DNA from: an uncultured Flavobacteriales bacterium
GTDB lineage: Bacteria > Bacteroidota > Bacteroidia > UBA10329
Length of the DNA: 59,796 nucleotides
Assembly (NCBI GenBank): GCA_937900875.1
Contig: CALCGD010000016.1
Location: forward strand, 1-59,796
Direction: 5' to 3'
Shown: piece after piece, positions 49,874-59,796 of the stretch
Layout: the number at the start of each line of letters is the position of its first letter
Position numbering within the stretch: position 1 is the first letter of the stretch
Notes under the pieces: generated by a model
Databases searched by the model: none
Seen by the model: the letters and a program-made list of their open reading frames with translations, nothing else
What the model was told of the DNA's origin: nothing
Made by a program: the position numbers and the translations under genes

Positions 49874-52270
49874 ATGTGGCAAACCGTTGCACGCATCATT
49901 CTTAGAAACCGCATTGCCTTTTTGGTTGCAATTGGGTTGATTACCATTTTTATGGGTTACAAGGCCACATCGGTTAAAATTCGATATGATTTTGCGGCCC
50001 TACTCCCAGCAACCGATAGCACGTTAATCAATTACAAAGCGTTCAAAGAAAAGTTTGGAGAAGATGGAGATGTTCTAATTGTAGGTATCGAGCAAGAAAA
50101 TCTTTTCAGGAAAGACATCTATGATGCTTGGTTTGACATGGGCGAAGAGTTACGCCTGTTGGATGGTATTGACCAGGTTATTTCTGCAGCCCGATGCTAT
50201 CATTTAGTAAGAAACGACAGTTTGAAGAGGTTTGACTTCAAGCTTCTTTCAGCAACGAAACTTCAAACACAAGCCGAACTCGATTCGATAAAGGCGGAGA
50301 TTATCAAACTCAAGTTTTACGATAAGCTGATGTGGGATGAAGAATCTCACATTTCCATCATGGCAATTACCATGAACGCCAAGGTTTTGGATAGTAAAAA
50401 ACGCGTGGCCTTAACGGATAAAATCGTGGGCATTGGCAACAAATACGAAGCAAAGCTTGATACCAAGTTGCGGTATTCAGGAATGCCCTATATCCGAAGC
50501 TTGCTTGCCAAAGTAGTAGCGAGCGAAATGGTGTTGTTTATACTCTACGCCATTTTAGTTACGGCACTTATTATGTTCATCTTCTTCCGATCATTTAAGG
50601 TGGTGATGGTGGCAATGCTTGTGGTTGCAATTGGCTCGCTTTGGTCAATCGGATTGGTTTCTGTTCTCAATTTCCAGCTTTCAATTCTTACAGGGCTAGT
50701 CCCTCCGCTTATTATCGTAATTGGGGTGGCTAACTGCATTTTCTTGTTGAATAAATACCATACAGAATATCGTTCTCACGGCAATAAGATAAAGGGTCTT
50801 CAACGAGTGGTTAGGAAAGTTGGAAAGGCAACGCTGCTTACCAATGCTACGACTGCAGCGGGTTTTGCAACTTTCACGGTAGTTGAGAGTTCGGTTATGC
50901 GAGAATTCGGGGTCGTTTCTTCGGTTTCTATCATGTTCATTTTTGTGCTTTCACTTCTGCTAGTTCCTATTGTGTTTAGCTTTTTAAATGAGCCAAAAGC
51001 ACGCCACGTAAAGCATTTAGACCGTAAGTATTCTCAAACATTCGTGTCTAAAATTGTTGAAATAGTTCTTTCATACCGAACCCGGGTTTATTGGTTCTTC
51101 GGAACCGTAGTGGTGGTTGGTCTTTATGGAATTACCCTCATCACATCAAACGGAAATATCGTTGACGATTTCCCAGAAGATAGCCCCGTTCTTTCTGATT
51201 TAGCTTTTTTCGAAAAACACTTCAATGGCGTTATGCCTTTCGAGGTGCAGATAGATGCCTTAAAACCAGACAAAGCCTTGTCTCCAGCCACACTTAAGCG
51301 CATCGACAAACTGCAAGAAACCATTTCGGCATACCCTCAGTTTTCTAAAGCCGTAAGCATGGCCGAGGTAGTAAAGTCCTTAAAACAGGCCTACTACGGT
51401 GGAATGGAATCTAAGTACAGCCTGCCAAATGGTAGCGAGCGTGGATTTATACTGTCTTATGCCAACCAAGGCGGTGCTGAAAATGGAAATGAACTAATTA
51501 ATAGCTTCATCGATTCTGCTAGACAGGTAACCCGAGTAAGCTTTCAGATGAAAGACGTTGGCACAGACGAAATGGATCGTTTGTTGGCTGAATTGCAACC
51601 CAAAGTTGATAGCATTTTCAGTCCTGAAAAGTATAAAACCATTCTTACTGGAACCTCAGTAGTGTACCTCCGCGGAACCGATTATTTGGTCAAAAACCTC
51701 TTTGTGAGTTTGAGTATTGCAGTGGTACTTATTGCGCTGCTAATGGCATATATGTTCAAATCTTGGAGAATGGTAATGGTCTCTCTTATTCCCAACATTA
51801 TTCCGTTAATAGTAACAGGTGCTTTAATGGGCTATTTGGGTATTACCATAAAGCCTTCAACTATCTTGGTATTTAGCATCGCCTTCGGGATTTCGGTAGA
51901 TGATACAATCCATTTCCTGGCAAAATACCGGCAAGAATTGGAAGCGAACGATTGGAAAATAAAGCGGAGTGTAATTCTGGCTCTACACGAGGTTGGATTG
52001 AGCATGGCATATACCTCTATCGTGCTGTTTTTCGGGTTCTCTATTTTCAACATGTCAACCTTTGGCGGAACCAAGGCATTAGGGATGCTTGTTTCAATCA
52101 CATTGTTAGTGGCAATGTTCTCAAATCTGATTCTTCTACCATCTCTATTACTTACATTAGAGCGTTCGTTAACTACAAAAAACTTCAAAGAAGCGGACTT
52201 GGATTCTTACGATCCAAATGACGAAAAACAGGTTCAGAAGGAACTTAGCGCTCAAAATACATCCGAATGA
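49874..52270 (+). CDS. MMPL/RND-family transporter
   Basis: Duplicated 1+5 TM topology with two periplasmic loops. IGVANCIF and [12 protein letters not shown] motifs. Confidence 0.88.
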   Translation: MWQTVARIILRNRIAFLVAIGLITIFMGYKATSVKIRYDFAALLPATDSTLINYKAFKEKFGEDGDVLIVGIEQENLFRKDIYDAWFDMGEELRLLDGIDQVISAARCYHLVRNDSLKRFDFKLLSATKLQTQAELDSIKAEIIKLKFYDKLMWDEESHISIMAITMNAKVLDSKKRVALTDKIVGIGNKYEAKLDTKLRYSGMPYIRSLLAKVVASEMVLFILYAILVTALIMFIFFRSFKVVMVAMLVVAIGSLWSIGLVSVLNFQLSILTGLVPPLIIVIGVANCIFLLNKYHTEYRSHGNKIKGLQRVVRKVGKATLLTNATTAAGFATFTVVESSVMREFGVVSSVSIMFIFVLSLLLVPIVFSFLNEPKARHVKHLDRKYSQTFVSKIVEIVLSYRTRVYWFFGTVVVVGLYGITLITSNGNIVDDFPEDSPVLSDLAFFEKHFNGVMPFEVQIDALKPDKALSPATLKRIDKLQETISAYPQFSKAVSMAEVVKSLKQAYYGGMESKYSLPNGSERGFILSYANQGGAENGNELINSFIDSARQVTRVSFQMKDVGTDEMDRLLAELQPKVDSIFSPEKYKTILTGTSVVYLRGTDYLVKNLFVSLSIAVVLIALLMAYMFKSWRMVMVSLIPNIIPLIVTGALMGYLGITIKPSTILVFSIAFGISVDDTIHFLAKYRQELEANDWKIKRSVILALHEVGLSMAYTSIVLFFGFSIFNMSTFGGTKALGMLVSITLLVAMFSNLILLPSLLLTLERSLTTKNFKEADLDSYDPNDEKQVQKELSAQNTSE

Positions 52271-53127
52271 AAGGAATAATATTAGCTGGCGGCTCGGGAA
52301 CGAGATTGCACCCTCTTACACTTGCAGTAAGCAAGCAATTGATGCCGGTTTACAACAAACCAATGATTTACTATCCGCTAAGCGTTTTAATGCTTGCTGG
52401 TATTCGTGAAATACTCATCATTAGCACACCGCATGATCTGCCACATTTTGAAAGATTATTCGGAACTGGAGAAGCAATTGGTTGCAATTTCTCTTACAAA
52501 GTGCAAGAAATTCCTAACGGACTAGCTCAGGCATTTGTAATTGGAGAAGAGTTTATTGGAGACGATAAGGTTGCGTTGGTTTTAGGCGACAATATCTTTT
52601 ACGGACATGGCCTAGAGCAGGTTATGAAGTCGAACAACGATCCTGAAGGTGGCGTTGTTTACGCTTACCACGTAAGTGACCCAGAACGCTATGGAGTGGT
52701 GGAGTTTGATTCCGATTTTAATGCAGTCACTATTGAGGAAAAGCCAGCAAATCCTAAATCTAATTACGCAGTTCCAGGATTGTATTTCTACGACAACTCT
52801 GTAGTAGAGGTGGCAAAGAATTTGAAACCAAGCGCCCGTGGCGAATATGAAATTACGGACGTAAACAAGCACTATTTAAAGGAAGGAAAGCTAAAGGTTG
52901 GTTTGCTAGGTAGAGGAACTGCGTGGCTAGATACTGGCACTTTTGCCTCGTTAATGCAAGCTGGTCAGTACGTACAAACCATTGAGGAGCGACAAGGCTT
53001 GGCTATTGGCTGTATTGAGGAAATCGCCTATCGGCAGAAATTCATTAATGCCGATCAACTCAGAAAAATTGCTGAACCACTTCAAAAAAGTGGTTACGGA
53101 GATTATTTAATGAAACTGCTGAAATAA
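52267..53127 (+). CDS. rfbA: Glucose-1-phosphate thymidylyltransferase
   Basis: [48 protein letters not shown]. Confidence 0.96.
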   Translation: MKGIILAGGSGTRLHPLTLAVSKQLMPVYNKPMIYYPLSVLMLAGIREILIISTPHDLPHFERLFGTGEAIGCNFSYKVQEIPNGLAQAFVIGEEFIGDDKVALVLGDNIFYGHGLEQVMKSNNDPEGGVVYAYHVSDPERYGVVEFDSDFNAVTIEEKPANPKSNYAVPGLYFYDNSVVEVAKNLKPSARGEYEITDVNKHYLKEGKLKVGLLGRGTAWLDTGTFASLMQAGQYVQTIEERQGLAIGCIEEIAYRQKFINADQLRKIAEPLQKSGYGDYLMKLLK

Positions 53128-53128
53128 A

Positions 53129-54091
53129 ATGAAGTACCCATCCGAAATTAAAAACAAGATTCTTGTTACCGGAGGTGCGGGTTTTGTAGGCAGCGCCATA
53201 GCTGCCAAACTTGCATCAAACCCAGAGAACTATGTGGTCATCGTTGACAATCTTTTAACGGGTTCCCTTAAAAAAGTTCCTGAATCTGATTTCAATAACA
53301 TCCGCTTTATTAAGTGCGATGCTAATGATTACAAAGACATTTCGAGCGTATTTTTTGCTTACACTTTCGATTATGTTTTTCATTATGCAGCGGTAGTTGG
53401 CGTTAAGCGTACACTTCAGAATCCTGTAATGGTTCTTAACGACATTACGGGCATAAACAACATTCTTTCGCTGAGCAAAAACACAGGTGTAAAGCGTATC
53501 TACTATTCAAGTTCTTCTGAGGTTTATGGAGAACCAGTTGAATTTCCACAGAACGAAGAAACTACACCGCTCAACTCTAGATTACCGTACGCTATTGTGA
53601 AAAATGTTGGCGAGGCTTATCTGAAATCTTACGAGCGTGAGTTCGGTTTGGAGTACACTATTTTCCGTTTTTTCAACACCTATGGTCCCAAACAAAGTAA
53701 GGAGTTTGTGATCTCTAGATTCTTGGCAATGGCCCTTCAAAACCAGGATATTACCATTTATGGAGATGGTTCTCAAACAAGAACTTTTTGCTTCATAAAC
53801 GACAATGTTGATGCCTGTGTATCCGCGTTTTACAACGATTTGTACGTGAATGATGTGGTTAATATTGGTGGAAATGTTGAAGTACCAATTCTTCAATTGG
53901 CAAAAAGCATCATCAAAATTACAGGCTCAAAATCAAGCGTAATCCATCTACCTGCTTTGGAAGAGGGAGACATGACGCGAAGGCTACCAGACACAAGCAA
54001 AATGCGCGATTTACTTAAGCGAGACGTAACTTCGTTTGAAGACGGTCTAGAGCAAGTCATACAGCACGGTCAGTTTATTTCCCTTTTGTAA
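53129..54091 (+). CDS. NAD-dependent nucleotide-sugar epimerase/dehydratase
   Basis: TGGAGFVG, SSSEVYG, YAIVK (YxxxK), RFFNTYGP, GDGSQTR. Confidence 0.88.
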   Translation: MKYPSEIKNKILVTGGAGFVGSAIAAKLASNPENYVVIVDNLLTGSLKKVPESDFNNIRFIKCDANDYKDISSVFFAYTFDYVFHYAAVVGVKRTLQNPVMVLNDITGINNILSLSKNTGVKRIYYSSSSEVYGEPVEFPQNEETTPLNSRLPYAIVKNVGEAYLKSYEREFGLEYTIFRFFNTYGPKQSKEFVISRFLAMALQNQDITIYGDGSQTRTFCFINDNVDACVSAFYNDLYVNDVVNIGGNVEVPILQLAKSIIKITGSKSSVIHLPALEEGDMTRRLPDTSKMRDLLKRDVTSFEDGLEQVIQHGQFISLL

Positions 54092-54094
54092 AGA

Positions 54095-55063
54095 ATGAAC
54101 CCAATTCAGGATCTATTAAAGCAATTCAATTATGCACTTGGTTTGCTTGAATTACCAGATGGGCCCAAAGAACTTTACGACCCAATAAAATACACGCTGG
54201 ATAATGGCGGCAAACGCATGCGTCCGTTGTTGGTATTGCTTGGCTGCAAGGTTTTTTCTGAAGATGTTAGTCAAGCCTTAAGACCTGCTATAGGTATAGA
54301 GTTGTTCCACAATTTTACGCTACTACATGACGACATTATGGATGAAGCACCTTTACGAAGAGGCAATCCAAGTGTGTACAAAAAATGGAATTCGAACATA
54401 GCCATTCTCTCGGGCGATGCCATGATTATTAAAGCATACCAACTTTTGGTAGAAACAAGAACAGGTGCTTTGTCAGACGTTTTAATTGAATTTAATCGAA
54501 CGGCATTAGAAGTTTGCGAAGGACAGCAATTGGATATGAATTTTGAGAGCAGAGATGACGTTTCGTTAGAAGAATATCTGCAGATGATCGGTCTTAAAAC
54601 CGCAGTTCTATTAGCAACATCTCTAAAAATAGGCGCCTTAATAGGCGGAGCTAATGCTGAGCAAGCAAACCTGCTTTACAACTTCGGATTGAACACAGGA
54701 ATAGCCTTTCAGCTGCAAGACGATATTCTAGATGTTTATGGCGAAAGTGCCAAAGTGGGTAAGCAAAAAGGAGGCGACATCATCTCTAATAAGAAGACAT
54801 TCTTGCTACTTAAAGCGCTTGAATTGGCCGACAAAGAAAAGTCTCTGGAACTTAACCAATGGCTGACATCCAATGCGCCCACACAAAAAGTAGCGGCAGT
54901 TACCGCCATTTACAATCAGTTGGGTGTGCGCCAATTGGCAGAAGAAAAGATGTGGGATTACTACAACTCAGGAATTGCCAGTTTGGAAAAAGTAAAAGGA
55001 AGTGCCGCGTGGGTTACAACGTTAAAACAGTTTTCAAACGACTTAATGCATCGAGAACATTAG
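54095..55063 (+). CDS. Polyprenyl diphosphate synthase
   Basis: GGKRMRP, LLHDDIMD...RRG, GQQLD, KT, FQLQDDILD. Confidence 0.92.
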   Translation: MNPIQDLLKQFNYALGLLELPDGPKELYDPIKYTLDNGGKRMRPLLVLLGCKVFSEDVSQALRPAIGIELFHNFTLLHDDIMDEAPLRRGNPSVYKKWNSNIAILSGDAMIIKAYQLLVETRTGALSDVLIEFNRTALEVCEGQQLDMNFESRDDVSLEEYLQMIGLKTAVLLATSLKIGALIGGANAEQANLLYNFGLNTGIAFQLQDDILDVYGESAKVGKQKGGDIISNKKTFLLLKALELADKEKSLELNQWLTSNAPTQKVAAVTAIYNQLGVRQLAEEKMWDYYNSGIASLEKVKGSAAWVTTLKQFSNDLMHREH

Positions 55064-55064
55064 C

Positions 55065-55436
55065 ATGGACCTACCACTGGCCAAATCAGATTTCGAACGA
55101 TACGAGCGGAGTGTTGATCTGCTCAAAGATGTAGTATCTCAACTCAATAAAGACTTTCAATTAACTGGCTTTGAAGTTGAGTTTTCAGGTGAAGGAGAGT
55201 CCGCATATCAAGAATTAACAGAGCAATTGCTACCCGTAATTGAGTACATGCTAGAAAATCAGACCGAGCGCTTTTGGAATCTTCTTTACAGTATAGACCT
55301 CAACGAGACTAAGGTGAAGAATGCCCTTTTTGGCGAAGACACCAACAGTTTACAGCTTCTAACCGACCTCATTCTCAAGCGAGAATTACAAAAAGTAGTT
55401 ATCAGATATTTCTTTGCTGGCAAACATCTGCCTTAA
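55065..55436 (+). CDS. Hypothetical protein
   Basis: 123-aa ORF 1 nt after the previous stop. QLNKDF, LLYSIDL and RELQKV segments look like a conserved helical protein. Confidence 0.65.
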   Translation: MDLPLAKSDFERYERSVDLLKDVVSQLNKDFQLTGFEVEFSGEGESAYQELTEQLLPVIEYMLENQTERFWNLLYSIDLNETKVKNALFGEDTNSLQLLTDLILKRELQKVVIRYFFAGKHLP

Positions 55437-55483
55437 ATGTGTGTTTTCCTTTAAATTACGTCCTTAAGGCTATTCGATAATCT

Positions 55484-55491
55484 TATCTTTG
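55484..55491 (+). promoter_or_regulatory. -7 box (TATCTTTG) for sucAB
   Basis: Perfect TAnnTTTG match upstream of sucA. Confidence 0.6.
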
Positions 55492-55523
55492 CCCAAACCT
55501 AAAGAACACCCCGTCCTTCACTA

Positions 55524-58259
55524 ATGGATAAGTTCTCGTACCTCTCAAACATGGATGTTTCCGCTGTGGAACATCTTTATCAATCTTTTAAATCCGACCC
55601 AAGCTCTGTAAGCGAAGACTGGCAGCAATTTTTTGCTGGCTTCGATTTTGCGGAGCAGCTCTATGATCAGGATGATGTAGAATTCGGAATACCAGCAAAT
55701 GTTAAAAAGGAATTTGACGTTGTAAACCTTATAGAAGGTTACCGGAAAAACGGGCATCTTTTTACTGATACCAACCCAGTTAGAGCAAGGAGAAAATATA
55801 CTCCCACCCTAGATAAAGAGAATTTCGATTTAACCGAAGCCGACTTAGAAACCACCTTCAGGGCGGGTACTATGATTGGAATTGGGCCTGCTAGTTTAAA
55901 GGAAATTATTGCTCATTTAGAAGCAACTTATTGCCAAAGTATTGGGGTTGAGTATATGTATATGCGCAAACCAGAAGTGATTGACTGGATGCAGAAAATG
56001 TTGGAAAACAACCGCAATCAGCCAGATTTCTCTTTGAATGAAAAAAAGCAGGTACTTAAGAAATTGAGCCAGGCTGTTCTATTCGAAGAGTTTTTAGGCA
56101 AGAAATTCACTGGTCAAAAAAGGTTTTCGTTAGAAGGTGCAGAATCGCTCATTCCTGCAATGGATATGGCTGTAGAAGAAGGCGCCATTTTGGGTATAGA
56201 AGAGTTTGTAATAGGAATGGCGCATAGAGGTCGACTTAATGTGTTAGCCAACATCCTGAACAAAACATACAAGCAGATTTTTTCCGAATTTGAAGGAAAA
56301 GATTATGAAGATGCAGATGTAGAAGGAGATGTGAAATACCATATGGGCTACACATCTTACATGACCTGCGATAGCGGAAAAGAGGTAAAAATGAACCTCT
56401 GCCCAAACCCATCTCACTTGGAAGCTGTTGGACCGGTGGTGGCTGGAATATCTCGAGCTAAAATTGACCGAAAGTTTAAGGGTGACGACAGTAAGTTATG
56501 CCCAATTCTAATCCATGGCGATGCAGCAATTGCGGGCCAAGGTGTTGTTTATGAAGTTGTTCAAATGGCCAAATTAGATGGCTATAAAACGGGTGGAACA
56601 ATTCATATTGTGATTAATAATCAGGTCGGTTTTACGACCAATTATACAGACGGCCGATCATCGACTTATTGCACCGATGTGGCTAAAGTGACCCTTTCGC
56701 CTGTTTTCCATGTGAATGGAGACGATGCAGAAGCCGTTGCTCATACCATGCGTATAGCAATGAGATTCAGACAGACTTACAAGAGCGATGTTTTTGTGGA
56801 TCTTTTGTGCTACAGAAAATACGGTCATAATGAGGGTGACGAACCTCGTTTTACCCAGCCAAATCTATACGACCTAATTGCCAAGCACGAAAATCCGTTA
56901 GCTATATACTCTAAGAAACTTACTTCTTCAGGTATTGTAGGAGCCGACATTGTAAAAGAAATGGAGCAAGACTTTAGTCAAATGCTTCAAGAGCGATTAT
57001 TAGAGGCTAAAGAAATTCAGAAAGCAACCGTTACTCAATTCTTGGAGGACACCTGGAAAGGTTATCGATTTGCTAAAAAAGAAGATTTTGAAAATTCGAT
57101 TGATACTGGCGTCAATCAGTCTGTATTGAAAGAGATTTCAAAGGTTCTCACCCATATACCAAGCGATATCAAGGTCTTCAGAAAAATGCAAAAGATTTTG
57201 AAGGACCGTGAACGAATGGTCTTTGAATCGGACGCGCTAGATTGGGGAATGGCCGAACTTTTGGCGTACGGCACCCTACTCAAGGAAGGACATCAAGTTC
57301 GAATTTCAGGTCAAGATGTAGAAAGAGGTACTTTTTCTCACAGACACGCAGTTCTTAAGATTGAGGACTCTGGTCAGGAATATGTTCCACTTGACCACAT
57401 CAGCCCAGACCAAGGAGAATTCAATATTTTCAACTCTTTTCTTTCTGAATATGCCGTATTAGGATTCGATTATGGCTATGCCTTTGGATTGCCTAACTGT
57501 CTTCCAATCTGGGAAGCTCAGTTTGGCGATTTCAACAATGGAGCACAAATTATCATCGATCAATTCATTTCATCCGCTGAGGAAAAATGGAAAGGAATGA
57601 ATGGTATTGTGATGCTACTTCCGCACGGATACGAAGGTATGGGAGCGGAGCACAGCAGCGCTAGAATGGAACGTTTTCTGATGCTTTGTGCTGACGATAA
57701 TATGCAAATTGTGAATTGCTCTACACCAGCAAACTTCTTTCATGTTTTAAGACGTCAAATGAAGCGTGAATTCAGGAAACCTCTAGTGGTATTTACTCCT
57801 AAGAGTTTGTTGCGTCATCCAAGATGTGTTTCTACCCTTAGCGATTTATCCGAAGGCGGATTTAAGGAGGTTATTGACGATGCAACTGTAAGCGCAACTA
57901 AAGTGGAACGTGTTCTACTTTGTAGTGGCAAGGTTTACTACGATCTGCTCGAGAAGAAAGAAGAAGACAAACGAGATGATGTTGCCATTGTTCGTTTAGA
58001 GCAACTAGACCCGCTACCAAGAAAGCAGCTGGCTGTGTTACAAGAGAAATACAAAAAGGCAGCGTGGGTTTGGGTTCAAGAAGAGCCTTCAAACATGGGA
58101 GCATGGGCGCATCTTCTTCGCAAGCTTCGTCAGATTAATTTTGAGCTAGTTTCAAGACCGTCTTCTGGTGCTCCTGCAACAGGATCTGGCCAACGCCATA
58201 GAATAGAACAAGCAAAACTGATAGAACGAGCATTTGCCGATATTGCAGTAACTGCTTAA
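55524..58259 (+). CDS. sucA: 2-oxoglutarate dehydrogenase E1
   Basis: KRFSLEG, GMAHRGRLN, DVKYHMG, NPSHLE, HGDAAIAGQG, GHNEGDEP, WEAQFGDF. Confidence 0.97.
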   Translation: MDKFSYLSNMDVSAVEHLYQSFKSDPSSVSEDWQQFFAGFDFAEQLYDQDDVEFGIPANVKKEFDVVNLIEGYRKNGHLFTDTNPVRARRKYTPTLDKENFDLTEADLETTFRAGTMIGIGPASLKEIIAHLEATYCQSIGVEYMYMRKPEVIDWMQKMLENNRNQPDFSLNEKKQVLKKLSQAVLFEEFLGKKFTGQKRFSLEGAESLIPAMDMAVEEGAILGIEEFVIGMAHRGRLNVLANILNKTYKQIFSEFEGKDYEDADVEGDVKYHMGYTSYMTCDSGKEVKMNLCPNPSHLEAVGPVVAGISRAKIDRKFKGDDSKLCPILIHGDAAIAGQGVVYEVVQMAKLDGYKTGGTIHIVINNQVGFTTNYTDGRSSTYCTDVAKVTLSPVFHVNGDDAEAVAHTMRIAMRFRQTYKSDVFVDLLCYRKYGHNEGDEPRFTQPNLYDLIAKHENPLAIYSKKLTSSGIVGADIVKEMEQDFSQMLQERLLEAKEIQKATVTQFLEDTWKGYRFAKKEDFENSIDTGVNQSVLKEISKVLTHIPSDIKVFRKMQKILKDRERMVFESDALDWGMAELLAYGTLLKEGHQVRISGQDVERGTFSHRHAVLKIEDSGQEYVPLDHISPDQGEFNIFNSFLSEYAVLGFDYGYAFGLPNCLPIWEAQFGDFNNGAQIIIDQFISSAEEKWKGMNGIVMLLPHGYEGMGAEHSSARMERFLMLCADDNMQIVNCSTPANFFHVLRRQMKREFRKPLVVFTPKSLLRHPRCVSTLSDLSEGGFKEVIDDATVSATKVERVLLCSGKVYYDLLEKKEEDKRDDVAIVRLEQLDPLPRKQLAVLQEKYKKAAWVWVQEEPSNMGAWAHLLRKLRQINFELVSRPSSGAPATGSGQRHRIEQAKLIERAFADIAVTA

Positions 58260-58278
58260 CCAATAATAAGATAAGAGC

Positions 58279-59532
58279 ATGCCAATTGTAGAGATAACAG
58301 TACCAAGTCCGGGAGAATCGATTACCGAAGTAGAAATTGCATCTTGGTTAAAAGAAGATGGCGATTACGTTTTTCTTGATGAGGAAATCTGCGAAGTAGA
58401 TTCAGATAAGGCCACTCTTGCAATTCCTGCCGAACAAGCAGGTATAATAAAGCGGGTAGCTGCTGAAGGAGATGTGGTAGCAGTGGGTGCGGTAATTTGC
58501 ACTATTGATACTGACGCAAAGGCCCCTGAGGGCAAACCAGCTGTGGCGGCAAAGAAACAGGAAGAGCCTGCTCCTACGGCAGCTCCAGAGGTTAAGAATG
58601 CAGAACCAGCGGCCAAAGACAATAGCTCTTATGCCGCGGGAACACCATCACCAGCAGCTAAAAAGCTGATGGCAGAAAGTGGAGTTTCAGCTAATCAGAT
58701 TAAGGCTACGGGCAAAGACGGACGCATTACAAAGCAAGATGTTTTGGCCGCACTTTCTTCTGGGTTTAGTTTAGGAGATGCTGGTCAAAGTTGGACTGGC
58801 GGACGAGAGCAGAGCAGAGAAAAGATGAGTTTGCTACGTAGAAAAGTAGCAGAGCGTCTAGTATCCGTTAAAAACGATACGGCAATGCTTACCACATTCA
58901 ATGAGGTAAACATGAAGCCAATAATGGACCTTCGCGCCAGGTACAAGGGCAAGTTTGCAGATTCACATGGAGTAAACCTTGGTTTCATGGGTTTCTTCAC
59001 CAAAGCAGTAACCGAGGCCTTATTTCATTACCCAGCGGTGAACGCAATGATTGATGGACAGGAAATGATCTTTCATGATTATTGCGACATCGGCATAGCC
59101 GTTAGCTCTCCAAAAGGGCTTATGGTGCCCGTTGTAAGGAATGCTGAGCAAATGAGTCTGGCAGAAATTGAGGCCGAGATAAAGCGTTTAGCTATCAAGG
59201 CTAGAGACGGTAAAATTTCGGTTGATGAAATGACTGGAGGCACATTTACCATAACCAATGGTGGTGTATTTGGCTCAATGATGAGCACACCAATTATCAA
59301 TCCACCTCAAAGTGCCATTTTAGGAATGCACAACATTGTAGATCGAGCGGTGGTTGAAAATGGAGAAATTGTAGCCCGACCAATGATGTACTTGGCACTT
59401 AGCTATGATCATCGCATTATTGATGGAAAAGAGTCTGTTTCTTTCTTAGTTAAGGTTAAAAACATGCTTGAGAATCCAGAAACCATGCTCTTTGGCGGAA
59501 AATCTTCTGAGGAAGTTTTGTTAGGATTATAA
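58279..59532 (+). CDS. sucB: Dihydrolipoamide succinyltransferase E2
   Basis: Lipoyl domain EVDSDKA, E3-binding [25 protein letters not shown]. Confidence 0.97.
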   Translation: MPIVEITVPSPGESITEVEIASWLKEDGDYVFLDEEICEVDSDKATLAIPAEQAGIIKRVAAEGDVVAVGAVICTIDTDAKAPEGKPAVAAKKQEEPAPTAAPEVKNAEPAAKDNSSYAAGTPSPAAKKLMAESGVSANQIKATGKDGRITKQDVLAALSSGFSLGDAGQSWTGGREQSREKMSLLRRKVAERLVSVKNDTAMLTTFNEVNMKPIMDLRARYKGKFADSHGVNLGFMGFFTKAVTEALFHYPAVNAMIDGQEMIFHDYCDIGIAVSSPKGLMVPVVRNAEQMSLAEIEAEIKRLAIKARDGKISVDEMTGGTFTITNGGVFGSMMSTPIINPPQSAILGMHNIVDRAVVENGEIVARPMMYLALSYDHRIIDGKESVSFLVKVKNMLENPETMLFGGKSSEEVLLGL

Positions 59533-59622
59533 ATTTCGTCTTAGGTCGTTTGGCGATTTAGTCGAACAATAGCCGCTCAATTCTCGTACTCAGTTCTGAG
59601 TTTATTGACCAGAATTGAAGCG

Positions 59623-59796
59623 GTGACTGAAAACCAATCTCTTGAGCATGCTCTTAATGAGAAGCTATACACAGCGGAAAAGCGTATTTCCATGCTGCGA
59701 ATGCTTCTTGTTGCATTCAACTCGTTGGTTTATTTACTCTTTATGGAGGTCTCGGATTATCCGTTATTGGCCAATTGCATTATTGTGTTTGCAAAC
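59623..59796 (+). CDS. 5' part of a probable membrane protein; runs off the window
   Basis: Open frame from GTG: MTENQSLEHALNEKLYTAEKRISMLRMLLVAFNSLVYLLFMEVSDYPLLANCIIVFAN, with hydrophobic segments. Confidence 0.5.
   Translation, partial: MTENQSLEHALNEKLYTAEKRISMLRMLLVAFNSLVYLLFMEVSDYPLLANCIIVFAN

Overview
A gene-dense chromosomal window from a Bacteroidota, probably Flavobacteriales-like. This is inferred from TAnnTTTG -7 promoter boxes, a T9SS-sorted protein and the gene families present. From left to right it contains: a partial M16 peptidase, tadA and aspS; wza/wzc converging on a ~24 kb minus-strand Wzx/Wzy polysaccharide locus (6.7-30.7 kb); hldE and cysCDN; a T9SS protein; a deoC-ALDH-ALDH operon; a complete cyanophycin module (cphA, cphB, iaaA); cysQ and assorted enzymes; an MMPL-rfbA-epimerase-polyprenyl synthase run; and sucA/sucB. 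The polysaccharide locus encodes a Wzi-like protein, WbpB/D/E/I-like diamino-uronic acid enzymes, AsnB, three GT4s, four hexapeptide acyltransferases and gmd/fcl. No rRNA, tRNA, CRISPR array or canonical IS was recognised. The most unusual feature is a ~480 bp cassette at 38771-39252. It holds a GxxExxY PD-(D/E)XK nuclease-like gene bracketed by 35-bp imperfect inverted repeats built from CGC(A/G)(A/G)AG units. It sits exactly at the stop codon between the two halves of a split ALDH16-like pair, like a transposase-less mobile or intervening element. Other leads are an unannotated 53-aa Lys/Cys-rich microprotein (CCx9CxxC), a phosphoglycosyl transferase fused to a methyltransferase-like fold, and candidate leaderless mRNAs. 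All calls come from reading motifs by eye; no database search was run.
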